Notes: a model not told the origin generated them from the sequence alone. DNA of 64,000 bases from an uncultured Gemmatimonadales bacterium (GCA_963716255.1 OY970303.1:7552001-7616000); one strand, 5' to 3'. Shown: positions 19,911 to 29,490, numbered from the stretch's first letter. Made by a program: numbers and translations.

Positions 19911-20727
19911 GACCATCCTCACCTTCCGGGACTCGCTCTACGGCGCGCTGGTGATCGCGCTGGCCTGCTCGGTGCTCGGGGTGTACGTGGTGCTGCGGCG
20001 CATCGTCTTCGTGGGCGCGGCGCTGGCGGAGCTTTCCTCGGCGGGGATCGCGCTGGGATTCTGGCTGGCGGGGAACGGGATCGCGGCGGGGCTGAGCACG
20101 CACCCCATCGCCCTGTCGCTGGTGGTGACCGTGGCGGGGGCGCTCTTCTTCGCGGTGGGGGGCGGCCGCCCGCGCATTCCCCACGACGCCACCATCGGGG
20201 TGACGTACGCGGTGGCGGCGGCGGCGGGGATCATCCTGGTCGCAAAAGCGGCCACGGGCGAGGCGCACGACATCTTCCTCCAGGGCAACATCCTGGGGAT
20301 CACCCGCGCGGACACGTGGGTGCTGGTGGGGGTGACGGTGCCCGTTCTCCTCGTGCACCTGGTGTTCTACAAGGAGCTCCTTTTCGTGTCCTTCGACCGG
20401 GAGACGGCGCGCACCCTGGGCTACCGGGTGGACGCGTGGAACGTCCTCCTTTACCTTACCCTGGGCGTGGTGATCGCCTTCGCGATGCAGTTCGCGGGGG
20501 TGATGCTGGTCTTCGACTTCCTGGTGCTCCCGGCGGTCACGGGGCTGCTCGTGGCGCGCAGCATGGCCGGGACGTTCGCGGTCGCCGTCGCCTCGGGGCT
20601 CGCGGCGGCGCTGATCGGCTTCTCGCTGTCGGTGCCGTACGACCTGCCCTCGGGTCCCACCATCATCGTGGTCTCCGGCGCGCTGGCGCTGGCGGCCTGG
20701 CTCGTCCGCCTGGCGCAGCGGCGCTGA
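19903..20727 (+). CDS. Metal ABC transporter permease (ZnuB-like)
   Basis: LGVYVVLRRIVF, FVSFDRE and DLPSGPTI; multi-TM. Confidence 0.92.
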   Translation: MLETILTFRDSLYGALVIALACSVLGVYVVLRRIVFVGAALAELSSAGIALGFWLAGNGIAAGLSTHPIALSLVVTVAGALFFAVGGGRPRIPHDATIGVTYAVAAAAGIILVAKAATGEAHDIFLQGNILGITRADTWVLVGVTVPVLLVHLVFYKELLFVSFDRETARTLGYRVDAWNVLLYLTLGVVIAFAMQFAGVMLVFDFLVLPAVTGLLVARSMAGTFAVAVASGLAAALIGFSLSVPYDLPSGPTIIVVSGALALAAWLVRLAQRR

Positions 20728-20747
20728 GCGGACGCTCAAGGAGGAGC

Positions 20748-21188
20748 ATGCTTTCGAGAACGAAGCGCGTGAGACGGGTGTCGGTCCTGCTGGGGGCCTT
20801 CGCGCTCCTCGCCGCAGGGGCGTGCAGCGACGCCGGCTCGGGGATCGACGACCAGATCCCCACCGGGCTGGTGGTGAGGGACTCCGGCGGCAACACCGTG
20901 GCCACCGTCAGCGGGGCCCAGGTCAGCGGGAGCATCACGGTCCCGAACGGCCAGCAGCGGACGTTCGACGTGCAGTTGATCGGGATCGGCGGCGCGGAGA
21001 TCGACCTGGGCGGACGCTACGTCCTCCAGCCGCGCGTCGTGAGCACGCTGCTCGCCGGCGCCTCGGCCAGCGGCTCCGACCGGGTGGTGGTGACCGGCAA
21101 GACCGCCGGGACCACCACGCTGATCCTGGACGTGATGGACGGGGGCACGGCCGTGCTCACTCCCCTGATCTCGCTGACGATCTCGTAG
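20748..21188 (+). CDS. Putative lipoprotein with beta-rich, Ig-like mature domain
   Basis: aggaggag RBS, AAGAC lipobox-like signal; last gene before a terminator. Confidence 0.7.
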   Translation: MLSRTKRVRRVSVLLGAFALLAAGACSDAGSGIDDQIPTGLVVRDSGGNTVATVSGAQVSGSITVPNGQQRTFDVQLIGIGGAEIDLGGRYVLQPRVVSTLLAGASASGSDRVVVTGKTAGTTTLILDVMDGGTAVLTPLISLTIS

Positions 21189-21214
21189 CCGGATCCGTGG
21201 TCGGCCGGATGCAG

Positions 21215-21249
21215 AAGCCCCCGGACACGCCGCGCGGTCCGGGGGCTTT
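21215..21249 (+). terminator. Intrinsic terminator of the metal uptake operon
   Basis: aagcccccggac...gtccgggggcttt. Confidence 0.7.
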
Positions 21250-21296
21250 GTGCGTTCTGGCAGCCTTCGGTCTCGGAGCGCTCCGGCGGGCTCCGG

Positions 21297-21417
21297 GTAT
21301 GGGGTCGGCCGGGGGAGTCTCCTCCGGCGGTGCGAAACTCGCCCGCCGCTGGAGCGAGGGAGAGATCACGCTGGCTTCGAACAAACGCACCGCATGCGGA
21401 CCCTCCCCCGACCTCCC
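21297..21417 (+). repeat. Repeat family D, copy 1
   Basis: tatggggtcggccggggg...ggcggtgcga-[variable]-gatcacgctggcttcgaacaaacgcaccgc...ccctcccccgacctccc; reverse copy at 36623-36767. Confidence 0.85.
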
Positions 21418-21525
21418 GACGAAGATCCCAGGAACGGCAACGACCTCCGGGAAGCCCTCCCCCAGAATTGGGGGATATAGGGGGAAAGCCGTGCGAGCCT
21501 AAGCGAGCCGGGTGGGGGGCCCCAG

Positions 21526-21674
21526 CGGACGCCAGCGCGAGCCCCGCGTGAGGGATTTCGGCCCGAAGGGGCGAGACCCCGCGGGCAGTTTCGCGGGGGC
21601 TCGACTCCGTTGCAGACGGTAGTTTCGTCTGCTACGGAGCCGAAGCCCGACCCGGCGCCAGCCGGGGCACGCCC
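21526..21674 (+). repeat. Repeat family A, copy 5
   Basis: Consensus match; variable stem gcagacg/cgtctgc. Confidence 0.95.
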
Positions 21675-21697
21675 GAACCCAGCCGTCAACAAGCCGT

Positions 21698-22102
21698 TCA
21701 GTCGCCGTGGTGATGCGCCGGACACCCGCAGCTCCGGCACGAAGCCTCGTGGCGGAGGCGCGCGTTCCAGGCCATGCCGCCGGCCAGCAGCACCCCGCCG
21801 AGCACACCGGCGACCTGCTCGGGGAGCCGCCCGCCCAGGTGCGCGATGCCGGCGCCCCAGACCATCGTGCCCAGCAGGACCGGGACCCACGCGGCGCGGC
21901 GGCCGTGCGCGCGCACCCCGCCGAGGGTGAGGACGGCCGCCAGGAGGGCGGAGGCCCCCATGAAAACCACCTCCAGCCCGTGCGCCGGGGCGAGCAGGGG
22001 GACGAAGAGCGCCACCAGCGGCATCAGCAGGCAGTGGACGGCGCACGCCAGCGGCAGCGCGGCGGTCCAGAGCGCCGGCCGGCGCAGGGAGGAATCGTTC
22101 AT
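21698..22102 (-). CDS. MerC-domain membrane protein
   Basis: ACAVHCLLMP motif, four TM segments, C-terminal CRSCGCPAHHH. Confidence 0.8.
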   Translation of the reverse strand: MNDSSLRRPALWTAALPLACAVHCLLMPLVALFVPLLAPAHGLEVVFMGASALLAAVLTLGGVRAHGRRAAWVPVLLGTMVWGAGIAHLGGRLPEQVAGVLGGVLLAGGMAWNARLRHEASCRSCGCPAHHHGD

Positions 22103-22183
22103 GGAGCCAGGTCGTTCCGGGTACGTGCGGCGGACCCCGCGGCCCGCTCGATCGCACGGAAGCTAACCGGGCTCCCTTCCATA

Positions 22184-22198
22184 TGCAAGTGAATTGCA
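22184..22198. promoter_or_regulatory. Palindromic 7-1-7 Fur-family-like operator upstream of the MerC-like gene
   Basis: TGCAAGT-G-AATTGCA (6 of 7 positions symmetric), AT-rich, just after the Fur-family gene stop. Confidence 0.5.
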
Positions 22199-22205
22199 AC
22201 AAGCC

Positions 22206-22649
22206 CTACGACACCGCCTCGCCGCGGGCGCCGGAGCACTCCGCGCAGCGGCCGTGGAAGACCAGCTGGTGGTGGTCCACCCGGAAGCCGTGCTCGCGCT
22301 CGATGCGATCGGCGATGGTGCGGTCCAGCCCGCACACCGACACCGTGCGCACGGCCCCGCAGCCGTCGCACACCAGGTGGTGCGTGTGGCGCTCGGCGGG
22401 GACCAGCTCCACCCGCTCCATCCCCTCGCCGGTGAGCACCGGGCGCGCCAGCCCGATCTGCTTCAGCCAGTCGAGCGTGCGGTACACCGTCACCAGGTCG
22501 ATGCGGTCCGTCCCCACCGCCTCGTGCAGCGCGCGGGCGCTGAGCGGCTCCGCCGCCCCGGCGAGCGCCTCGATCGCCAGCCGCCGGGGCCGGGTGAGCC
22601 GGTGGCCGCGCTGGGCCGCCGCGCGCAGGACCTGTGCTGCGTCTGCCAT
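22206..22649 (-). CDS. Fur-family transcriptional regulator, Zur-like by context
   Basis: RLTRPR, TVYRTL, HTHHLVCDGC and GRCAEC. Confidence 0.9.
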   Translation of the reverse strand: MADAAQVLRAAAQRGHRLTRPRRLAIEALAGAAEPLSARALHEAVGTDRIDLVTVYRTLDWLKQIGLARPVLTGEGMERVELVPAERHTHHLVCDGCGAVRTVSVCGLDRTIADRIEREHGFRVDHHQLVFHGRCAECSGARGEAVS

Positions 22650-22772
22650 CGCCGTGGTGCTCGGGTGGGAGGGAGCCCTGCCGTGTGCGGTTGATACGCC
22701 GCTCCCCGCGGAGCGGTCCCCGGCGCGTGTTTTCCGGGTCCGCGAGGGGCCCCCGCGAGGGGCCGGAAATCC

Positions 22773-22801
22773 TTGACCCTCCCCGGGAGCCGGGTTATAC
22801 T
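22773..22801 (+). promoter_or_regulatory. Strong sigma70-like promoter
   Basis: TTGACC-17 nt-TATACT. Confidence 0.75.
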
Positions 22802-22805
22802 TACC

Positions 22806-22974
22806 CCCGTCAGACGCGCCGGGAAGCTACATTTTTGAGCCAACGCTTTTGAAGCCGGGGCCGACTCCAGCGGCCGACGCCACGCCCCTCGCGGGAAGGC
22901 GGAAGGTCGCGGGGACGCTTCCACTCTGTTCACAACAGGCTTCAAAAATCCTTCCCGGCGCGCCCCGACACGGG
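22806..22974 (+). ncRNA. ssrS: Probable 6S RNA
   Basis: About 170-nt rod starting just after the promoter: gcgccgggaag/cttcccggcgc and atttttgagcc/ggcttcaaaaat closing stems, a central unpaired bubble (aacgctttt / cactctgttcacaaca), then a gaagc/gcttc apical stem. Confidence 0.62.
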
Positions 22975-23034
22975 CTGGTCTCGCGAGCGAGGCTGGCCCG
23001 TCGTTCTTTTGGGCGAGCACTCCAGGGAGGATCC

Positions 23035-23445
23035 GTGCCCAGCGTCCGCGTCACGCGCCGCGTCCACTTCAGCGCCGCGCACCGGCTTCACAACGCCGCG
23101 CTCTCCGACGAGGAGAACCGGCGCATCTTCGGGCTGTGCAACAGCCCCAACTGGCACGGGCACAACTACGAGCTGGACGTGACCGTCCAGGGCGAGCCCG
23201 ACCCGACGACCGGCTACGTGGTGGACCTGGGGATCCTGCGGGACCGCGCCGAGGAGGTGGTCGGCGACCTGGACCACCGCAACCTCAACCTGGACGTGCC
23301 CTGGCTGGAGGGAATCCTCCCCTCCACCGAGAACCTGGTGGTGGCGATCTGGAACCGGCTGGCTCCCCGGGTGCCCTCCGGGCGCCTGGTGCGCCTGGTG
23401 CTGTGGGAGACGCCGCGAAACTACGTAGAGTACACGGGGGAGTAG
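23035..23445 (+). CDS. 6-pyruvoyl-tetrahydropterin synthase family protein, CX5HGH type
   Basis: FSAAHRL, CNSPNWHGHNY, LDHRNLN, STENL and LWET; gggagg RBS before GTG. Confidence 0.88.
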   Translation: MPSVRVTRRVHFSAAHRLHNAALSDEENRRIFGLCNSPNWHGHNYELDVTVQGEPDPTTGYVVDLGILRDRAEEVVGDLDHRNLNLDVPWLEGILPSTENLVVAIWNRLAPRVPSGRLVRLVLWETPRNYVEYTGE

Positions 23446-23451
23446 ATACCG

Positions 23452-24057
<606 letters not shown>

Positions 24058-24083
24058 CCGTGCCAACCAGTGACGGGGAAACG

Positions 24084-24800
24084 ATGGACGGGGAGCTGAA
24101 GGGGAAGACGGCGCTGGTGACCGGCGCCTCGCGGGGGATCGGGCTCGCCGTGGCGCGGGAGCTGGCGCGCGCCGGCGCCTGGGTGGGGATGGTCGCGCGC
24201 AGCGACGGCGAGCTCGCGCGCGCGGCCGAGGAGGTGGGCGGCCACGCCATCCCCGCCGACGTGACCTCGCCCGCGTCGGTGCACGGGCTGGTGGGGTACG
24301 TCACCGAGCTGCTGGGCGACACGCCGGACATCCTGGTGAACTCCGCCGGGGCGTTCGCGCTGGCGCCGCTCGCGGCCACCGACCCGGACACCTTCGACCG
24401 GCAGATCGCCGTCAACCTGCGCGGCCCGTTCCTGCTCATCCGCGCGCTGCTCCCGCTGATGCTGGCCCGGCGCTCGGGCACGGTGGTCAACATCGGCTCC
24501 GTGGCGGGGCGGGTCGCCTTCCCCGAGAACGGCGCGTACTCCGCCTCCAAGTTCGGGCTGCGCGGGCTGCACGAGGTGCTGGTGGCGGAGACCCGCGGCA
24601 CCGGCGTCCGCGCCACCCTGGTGGAGCCCGGCGCCACCGACACCGCCCTGTGGGACCCCGTGGATCCCGACGCGCGGACCGACCTCCCCTCCCGGTCGCA
24701 GATGCTGGCGCCAGGAGACGTGGCGCGCGCGGTGCTGTTCGCCGCGACGCAGCCCGCCGGGGTGGAGATCCCGGTCATCGCCATGCAGTCCGCGGGGTAG
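24084..24800 (+). CDS. Short-chain dehydrogenase/reductase, candidate pterin reductase
   Basis: TGASRGIG, VNSAG and YSASK. An alternative GTG start at 24054 overlaps the folE stop. Confidence 0.88.
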   Translation: MDGELKGKTALVTGASRGIGLAVARELARAGAWVGMVARSDGELARAAEEVGGHAIPADVTSPASVHGLVGYVTELLGDTPDILVNSAGAFALAPLAATDPDTFDRQIAVNLRGPFLLIRALLPLMLARRSGTVVNIGSVAGRVAFPENGAYSASKFGLRGLHEVLVAETRGTGVRATLVEPGATDTALWDPVDPDARTDLPSRSQMLAPGDVARAVLFAATQPAGVEIPVIAMQSAG

Positions 24801-24804
24801 CGCC

Positions 24805-25188
24805 GTGTACATCCTCAACGTCCGGGCGCACTACGACTCCGCGCACTTCCTGCGCAGCTACAAGGGCAAGTGCGAGCGGCTGCACGGGCACCGCTACGAG
24901 GTGGAGGCGGGGCTCGCCTTCGAGCAGCTGGGGGAGGGGGGCATGGCCTACGACTTCACCGACGCCAAGCTTCACCTGCGCGCCATCGCCGACTCGCTGG
25001 ACCACGAGAACCTCAACGACCTGCCGCCGTTCGCGGAGATGGAGACCAGCGCCGAGAACCAGGCGCGCTACATCTTCGACGAGCTGCGCCGGCGGATGGG
25101 GGCGGAAGGCGAGCACGTGCTGTACGTGCGGGTCTGGGAGACGCCCAACCAGTGGGCGCAGTATTCCGAGAAGGCGTTGTTCTTCTGA
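24805..25188 (+). CDS. queD: 6-carboxy-tetrahydropterin synthase (QueD/PTPS), CEX2HGH type
   Basis: AHFL, YKGKCERLHGH, LDHENLN, SAEN and VWET. Confidence 0.85.
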   Translation: MYILNVRAHYDSAHFLRSYKGKCERLHGHRYEVEAGLAFEQLGEGGMAYDFTDAKLHLRAIADSLDHENLNDLPPFAEMETSAENQARYIFDELRRRMGAEGEHVLYVRVWETPNQWAQYSEKALFF

Positions 25189-25229
25189 TCGTTTTTTCAG
25201 GAACGGCAACGGATTTGAACTGCCGGGTT

Positions 25230-25363
25230 GGGCGTGCCCCCGGCTGGCGCCGGGGTCGGGCTTCGGCTCCGTAGCAAACGATACTACCGTTTGCAACGGA
25301 GTCGAGCCCCGGCGGAAACAGCCCCGCCGGGTCTCGCCCCTTCGGGCCGGAATCCCTCACGCG
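25230..25363 (-). repeat. Repeat family A, copy 6
   Basis: Reverse complement of the consensus; stem gcaaacg/cgtttgc, loop gtagtat. Confidence 0.95.
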
Positions 25364-25372
25364 ACGGCAAGG

Positions 25373-25520
25373 CCCCCTCCCCCCGGCCCCCTCCCCCGCA
25401 AGCGGGAGAGGGGGAGCACGGCACCGGACCCGCATTTTGGCCCCCTCTCCCAGAATTGGGAGAGGGTGGCGAGCCTCAAGCGAGCCAGGTGAGGGCCGTT
25501 GCAGGCTGTTCCCTGTTCCC
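25373..25520 (+). repeat. Repeat family B (CCCTCCCC...GGGAGAGGG palindromes) plus gttgcaggctgttccctgttccc tail
   Basis: Near-identical block at about 57565-57732; related hairpins at about 5527, 21456, 30264, 36798 and 46575-46725. Confidence 0.85.
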
Positions 25521-25529
25521 TCGCAGCCC

Positions 25530-26177
25530 ATGCACATCCTCCTCACCGACATCCTCCGCTGCCCGCGCTGCGGGCCGGAGTTCGGGCTGGTGCTGCTCGC
25601 GGACCGGGTGGAGGAGCGCCGCGTCCGGGAGGGGCGGCTGGGGTGCGCCAACTGCCGCGAGATGTACCCGGTGGCCGGCGGGGAAGTGGACCTGCGCGTT
25701 CCCGGGGCGGCGGCGCTGCCGGAGGGCGGTGCGCCGGCGGGTCCGGACGGGGCCGTGCGGCTGGCGGCGCTGCTGGGGCTCGCCGAGGCGTGGGGCTCGG
25801 TGCTGCTGGTGGGGGCCGGAGCGGAACTTGCGGACGGCGTCGCCGCCCTGGTCCCGGGCGTGGAGGTGGTGCACGCCGTCGGGCGGCCGGGCGGAGGGGA
25901 GGGGGAGGGGCGGCTGAGCCGGGTGGCCACCGGGGCGCCGCTGCCGCTCGCGCCGGGGTCGCTGCGCGGCGTGGCGCTGGGAGCGGAAGCGGCGGGGCTG
26001 GCGGACGAGGGGGTGCGGCTGCTCGCGCCGGGCGGGCGGCTGGTGGTGGAGGGCGCGCCCGCGGGGGCGGCGGAGGGGCTGGAGGCGGCGGGGCTGCGGG
26101 TGCTGCTGGACCAGGAGGGGTGGCTCGTCGCCGAGCGTCCCGGGGGCGCGGCGCGGGCCGCGCGGGAGCGGGCCTGA
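25530..26177 (+). CDS. Trm112-like zinc-ribbon protein with a degenerate methyltransferase-like C-terminus
   Basis: MHILLTDILRCPRC...EGRLGCANCREMYPV and LAPGGRLVV. Confidence 0.65.
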   Translation: MHILLTDILRCPRCGPEFGLVLLADRVEERRVREGRLGCANCREMYPVAGGEVDLRVPGAAALPEGGAPAGPDGAVRLAALLGLAEAWGSVLLVGAGAELADGVAALVPGVEVVHAVGRPGGGEGEGRLSRVATGAPLPLAPGSLRGVALGAEAAGLADEGVRLLAPGGRLVVEGAPAGAAEGLEAAGLRVLLDQEGWLVAERPGGAARAARERA

Positions 26178-26317
26178 GCCGCGCCGTCCGTTCCGTTGCG
26201 TGCCCCCCGCGCCACCGGTAACTTGGTCCGGGGCGTCCCGCCCGGGTGCGCGGCGAGCGCGCCCGTCGGCCGGACGCTCCCCTGAGTCCGCCCATCGAAT
26301 TCCCGTCCATAGAGCCT

Positions 26318-26773
26318 ATGTCCTGGTGGCGCAACCTGATCCCCGGAGCGTCCGGGCCCGATCACAGGGGTCCCGACTACTACGACGAGGGGATCAACCT
26401 GCTCCGGGAAGAGAAGTACCACGAGGCGCTGACCTCCTTCCGCCTGGCGCTGCGCGACAGCCCCAACGACACCGACGTGCTCCAGCAGATCGCGGTGACG
26501 TACACGCACATCGGCATGACGGACGAAGCGGTCCGCACCTACCGGCGCGTGCTGGAGCTGAAGCCGCACGCCTCCGGCGCCCACTACGGGCTGGCCTTTC
26601 TCCAGCTCCAGCGCGGGCAGGCCGACGAAGCCGTGGCGCACCTGCGCGCCTTCCTGGCGCGCCCGCCCCGCGTCGCCGGGGCCGAGCGGCACGTGGCCCA
26701 CGCCCGCTTCACCCTGGCCGAGCTCACCGGCGAGGGCGAGGCCATGGCCGAACTGCCCGGCGAGGAGCCGTGA
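26318..26773 (+). CDS. TPR-repeat protein
   Basis: YYDEG..., EALTSFRLAL, AVRTYRRVLELKP and AHYGLA helical repeats. Confidence 0.8.
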   Translation: MSWWRNLIPGASGPDHRGPDYYDEGINLLREEKYHEALTSFRLALRDSPNDTDVLQQIAVTYTHIGMTDEAVRTYRRVLELKPHASGAHYGLAFLQLQRGQADEAVAHLRAFLARPPRVAGAERHVAHARFTLAELTGEGEAMAELPGEEP

Positions 26774-26786
26774 AGCGGGGGTGCCG

Positions 26787-27128
26787 GTGAGCGGACCGGC
26801 CGCGGAAGTGTCGCTGGTCCTGTCCACCGCCCCCGACCTGGCCACCGCCGAGCGCATCGTCCGGCAGCTGGTGGAGGAGCGGCTGATCGCCTGCGGCAAC
26901 CTGGTCCCCGGCGTGGCATCCCTCTTCCGGTGGGGGGGCGGGGTGCAGCGCGAGGAAGAGGTGCTGGTGCTGATGAAGACGCGCACGGAAAACCTCGACC
27001 GCCTGTTCGGGCGGGTGGCCGAGCTGCACCCGTACGAAGTCCCCGAGTTGCTCAGCTTTCCCGTTGGGAAGGGCCTCCCCGCGTACTGCGGGTGGGTCGT
27101 GGAGGAAACCGCCGAGGTGGGTGCATGA
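26787..27128 (+). CDS. cutA: Divalent-cation tolerance protein CutA
   Basis: LVEERLIACGN, SLFRW, LMKT and HPYEVPE. Start may be 26781. Confidence 0.92.
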   Translation: MSGPAAEVSLVLSTAPDLATAERIVRQLVEERLIACGNLVPGVASLFRWGGGVQREEEVLVLMKTRTENLDRLFGRVAELHPYEVPELLSFPVGKGLPAYCGWVVEETAEVGA

Positions 27129-27751
27129 TCGGACGCAGCAGGGAGCAGGAGGCGCCCGTGGACGCGGGGCGCGGGGTGGCCGGGAGCCAGACCGGGCCGG
27201 ATGCGGACGCGGCGGAGGCGCCGGACGACGCGGCGGCTCCGGCCGTCTCGCCGTACGCCGGCGCCGAGGCGCTGACGGAGCAGGGGAGCCACGCCGCCGC
27301 GGCCGACGCGTACGCGGCGCTGCTGGCCGCCTCGCCGGACGACGTGCGCGCGCTGCTGGGCGCCGGCGCGGCGCTCACGGCCATGAGCCGCTACGACGCC
27401 GCCGAAAAGGAGCTGCGCCGCGCGCTGCGGCTGGCCCCCGAGATGGCGGACGTGCACCACCAGCTGGGCGTGGTGCTGTTCAAGCGCGGCGTGTACGCGG
27501 CCGCGGCCGTCGAGCTGCGGCGCGCCGTCGAGCTGGACCCGGGGTGCGGGCCGGCGTACCTGGTGCTGGGCGAGGCACTCAACCAGATGGCCGAGTCCGA
27601 CCAGGCGCTGGAGGCGCTGGAGACCGCCACCCGCATCCAGCCGGAGAACTCGCGCGCGTACTGGGCCATGGGCATCGCCTACGACCGCAAGGGCAAGCCG
27701 GACCGCGCGGCAGAGATGTACCGGATGTCGCGCGAGGTGGGCGGCCGCTGA
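27125..27751 (+). CDS. TPR-repeat protein
   Basis: Repeated LRRALRLAP / LRRAVELDP / AYWAMG helices; ATGA overlap with cutA. Confidence 0.8.
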   Translation: MIGRSREQEAPVDAGRGVAGSQTGPDADAAEAPDDAAAPAVSPYAGAEALTEQGSHAAAADAYAALLAASPDDVRALLGAGAALTAMSRYDAAEKELRRALRLAPEMADVHHQLGVVLFKRGVYAAAAVELRRAVELDPGCGPAYLVLGEALNQMAESDQALEALETATRIQPENSRAYWAMGIAYDRKGKPDRAAEMYRMSREVGGR

Positions 27752-27849
27752 GTTCTTTCGTCAGGTTGCTATTGAACCGGTCCGGGTCGAGGAGATCCGG
27801 GCCGGTTCGCGTTCGGGGGCACCGGGTGTGCGGTATGGCAGGCGCTTGC

Positions 27850-27966
27850 GGGCCGCTCCGGGAGCCCCGGAAACTGCCCCGGGTCTCCCTCCGCCGGGGT
27901 GAGCCTCGCCAAACAGCCGGCGAGTCTCCCCCCGAACAGAGTGTGGGAACGGTGGGAACGGCGAAC
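27850..27966 (+). repeat. Repeat family C, copy 2 (two hairpin units)
   Basis: gggccgctccg...gagccccgg-aaactgcc-ccgggtctc...gagcctcgcc-aaacagcc-ggcgagtctc...ggaacggcgaac. Confidence 0.85.
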
Positions 27967-27989
27967 TGCTTCCGTCCGATATTTCTGCG

Positions 27990-28817
27990 ATGATCTCCCC
28001 TGATCCGCACGACCTCGACGCAGACCTCGACCTCGCGATGCGCGCGGCTCGCGCCGCGGGGCGCGAGGTGATGCGCCACTTCCGAGGCGGGGGCGAGGTG
28101 CGCTACAAGAGCGCCGACCAGCCGGTCACCGAGGCCGACCTCGCCGCCGACCGCCTGCTGCGCGACCTCCTGCTCGGCGAGCGGCCGGGGTACGGGTGGC
28201 TTTCCGAGGAGACCGCCGATTCGCCGGACCGGCTGGGGCAGGAGCGCGTATGGGTGGTGGACCCCATCGACGGGACTCGCTCGTTCGTGGACGGGGTGGC
28301 GGAGTTCGCGGTGAGCGTGGGGCTGGCGGTGGGGGGGCGGGCGGTGGTGGGCGTGGTGTACAACCCCGCCACCGACGAGCTGTACCACGCCTCGCTGGGC
28401 GGCGGCGCCTTCCGGAACGGCGAACGGGTTCGGGTGTCCGCGAGCCCGGCGGCGCTGCCGGTGGCGCTGGCTTCGCGCTCCGAGATCCGCCGCGGCCACT
28501 TCGACGCGCTGCGTGAGGAGTGGAAGGTGCGGCCGTACGGGAGCACCACCTGCAAGATGATCAGGGTGGCGGACGGGAGCGCGCACCTGTTCCTGTCGCG
28601 CGGCCCCAAGAGCGAGTGGGACGTGTGCGCGGCCGACCTCGTGGTGCGGGAGGCCGGCGGCGGCGTCACCGACGCCGAGGGGCGGGAGCTGCGCTACAAC
28701 CGGCCGGACCCGTTCGTCCACGGCGTCCTCGCCACCGGCGGCATGGACCACGCCGCCGTGCTGGCGCGCGTGGCCGCGCTGCCGCCCGTCCACAGGCCCG
28801 GCGACGCGGGCGAATAG
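27990..28817 (+). CDS. CysQ/inositol monophosphatase family phosphatase
   Basis: PVTEAD, LSEE, WVVDPIDGT and EWDVCA. Confidence 0.9.
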   Translation: MISPDPHDLDADLDLAMRAARAAGREVMRHFRGGGEVRYKSADQPVTEADLAADRLLRDLLLGERPGYGWLSEETADSPDRLGQERVWVVDPIDGTRSFVDGVAEFAVSVGLAVGGRAVVGVVYNPATDELYHASLGGGAFRNGERVRVSASPAALPVALASRSEIRRGHFDALREEWKVRPYGSTTCKMIRVADGSAHLFLSRGPKSEWDVCAADLVVREAGGGVTDAEGRELRYNRPDPFVHGVLATGGMDHAAVLARVAALPPVHRPGDAGE

Positions 28818-29004
28818 GTGCCCGTGTCGCCGCCCGGCCGAGCGCGGTCGGGCAGGGGCCGGCTCCGGCCTCCGTTTCCGGTCGAAGCGGCCCGGCGCAT
28901 CGCTCGCGCCGGGCCGCTTGTCTGCTGGCGGAATGGCGCTTAACGTGCTTACTCCTTTTCGCGCCCGCACCCACGCGGGGCCACTGCTTCACCGGAGGCT
29001 CGTC

Positions 29005-29232
29005 ATGAGCGTTTCGTTCGCCCACCTGCGCCGGATCGTGTTCGGTACCTCCTGCGCCATCGTGTTCGGCTTCGGAGCCACGCAGGCGTTCGCGGAGCCC
29101 AATCTCGACCGGGACCGCCCCCCCGTCTGCCGTATCGACCAGATCCGGTGCCGCTGCGTCACCGGGCAGTACTTCTGCTTCCCGGCATCGGGAGGAGCGT
29201 GCCCCGATCCTACGTTCTGCCTGGTCAAGTGA
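29005..29232 (+). CDS. Small secreted cysteine-rich peptide
   Basis: ggagg RBS; signal peptide ending in GFGATQAFA; 45-aa mature part with six Cys. Confidence 0.7.
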   Translation: MSVSFAHLRRIVFGTSCAIVFGFGATQAFAEPNLDRDRPPVCRIDQIRCRCVTGQYFCFPASGGACPDPTFCLVK

Positions 29233-29490
29233 CGGTTCCCGCACCACCCGGACCGGCTCCGCACCGTTCCGGGTGCGGAGCCGGTTCGTCTCGTCTCCGC
29301 GCCTTCCTGTCGTGCCCTGGCGCAAGGCAAACTTCCCGGGGTTCCCGCCGAGTCCTTCCTTCCGTTCACCGCTGCGCCCGAACCGACCCGCCACCGCAGC
29401 GGGCGTCACGTTGATCCCTCCGGAAACGGGAGTTATATTCGGGGCTTTCCGGATTCCGCCCCCACACGCGACGACCCACGGAGGTGCCCG

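Noticed and set aside
21698..22102. Mercury resistance operon
   Set aside because: Only a MerC-like domain is present, with no merA, merR, merT or merP. The context points to Zn or other metal homeostasis.
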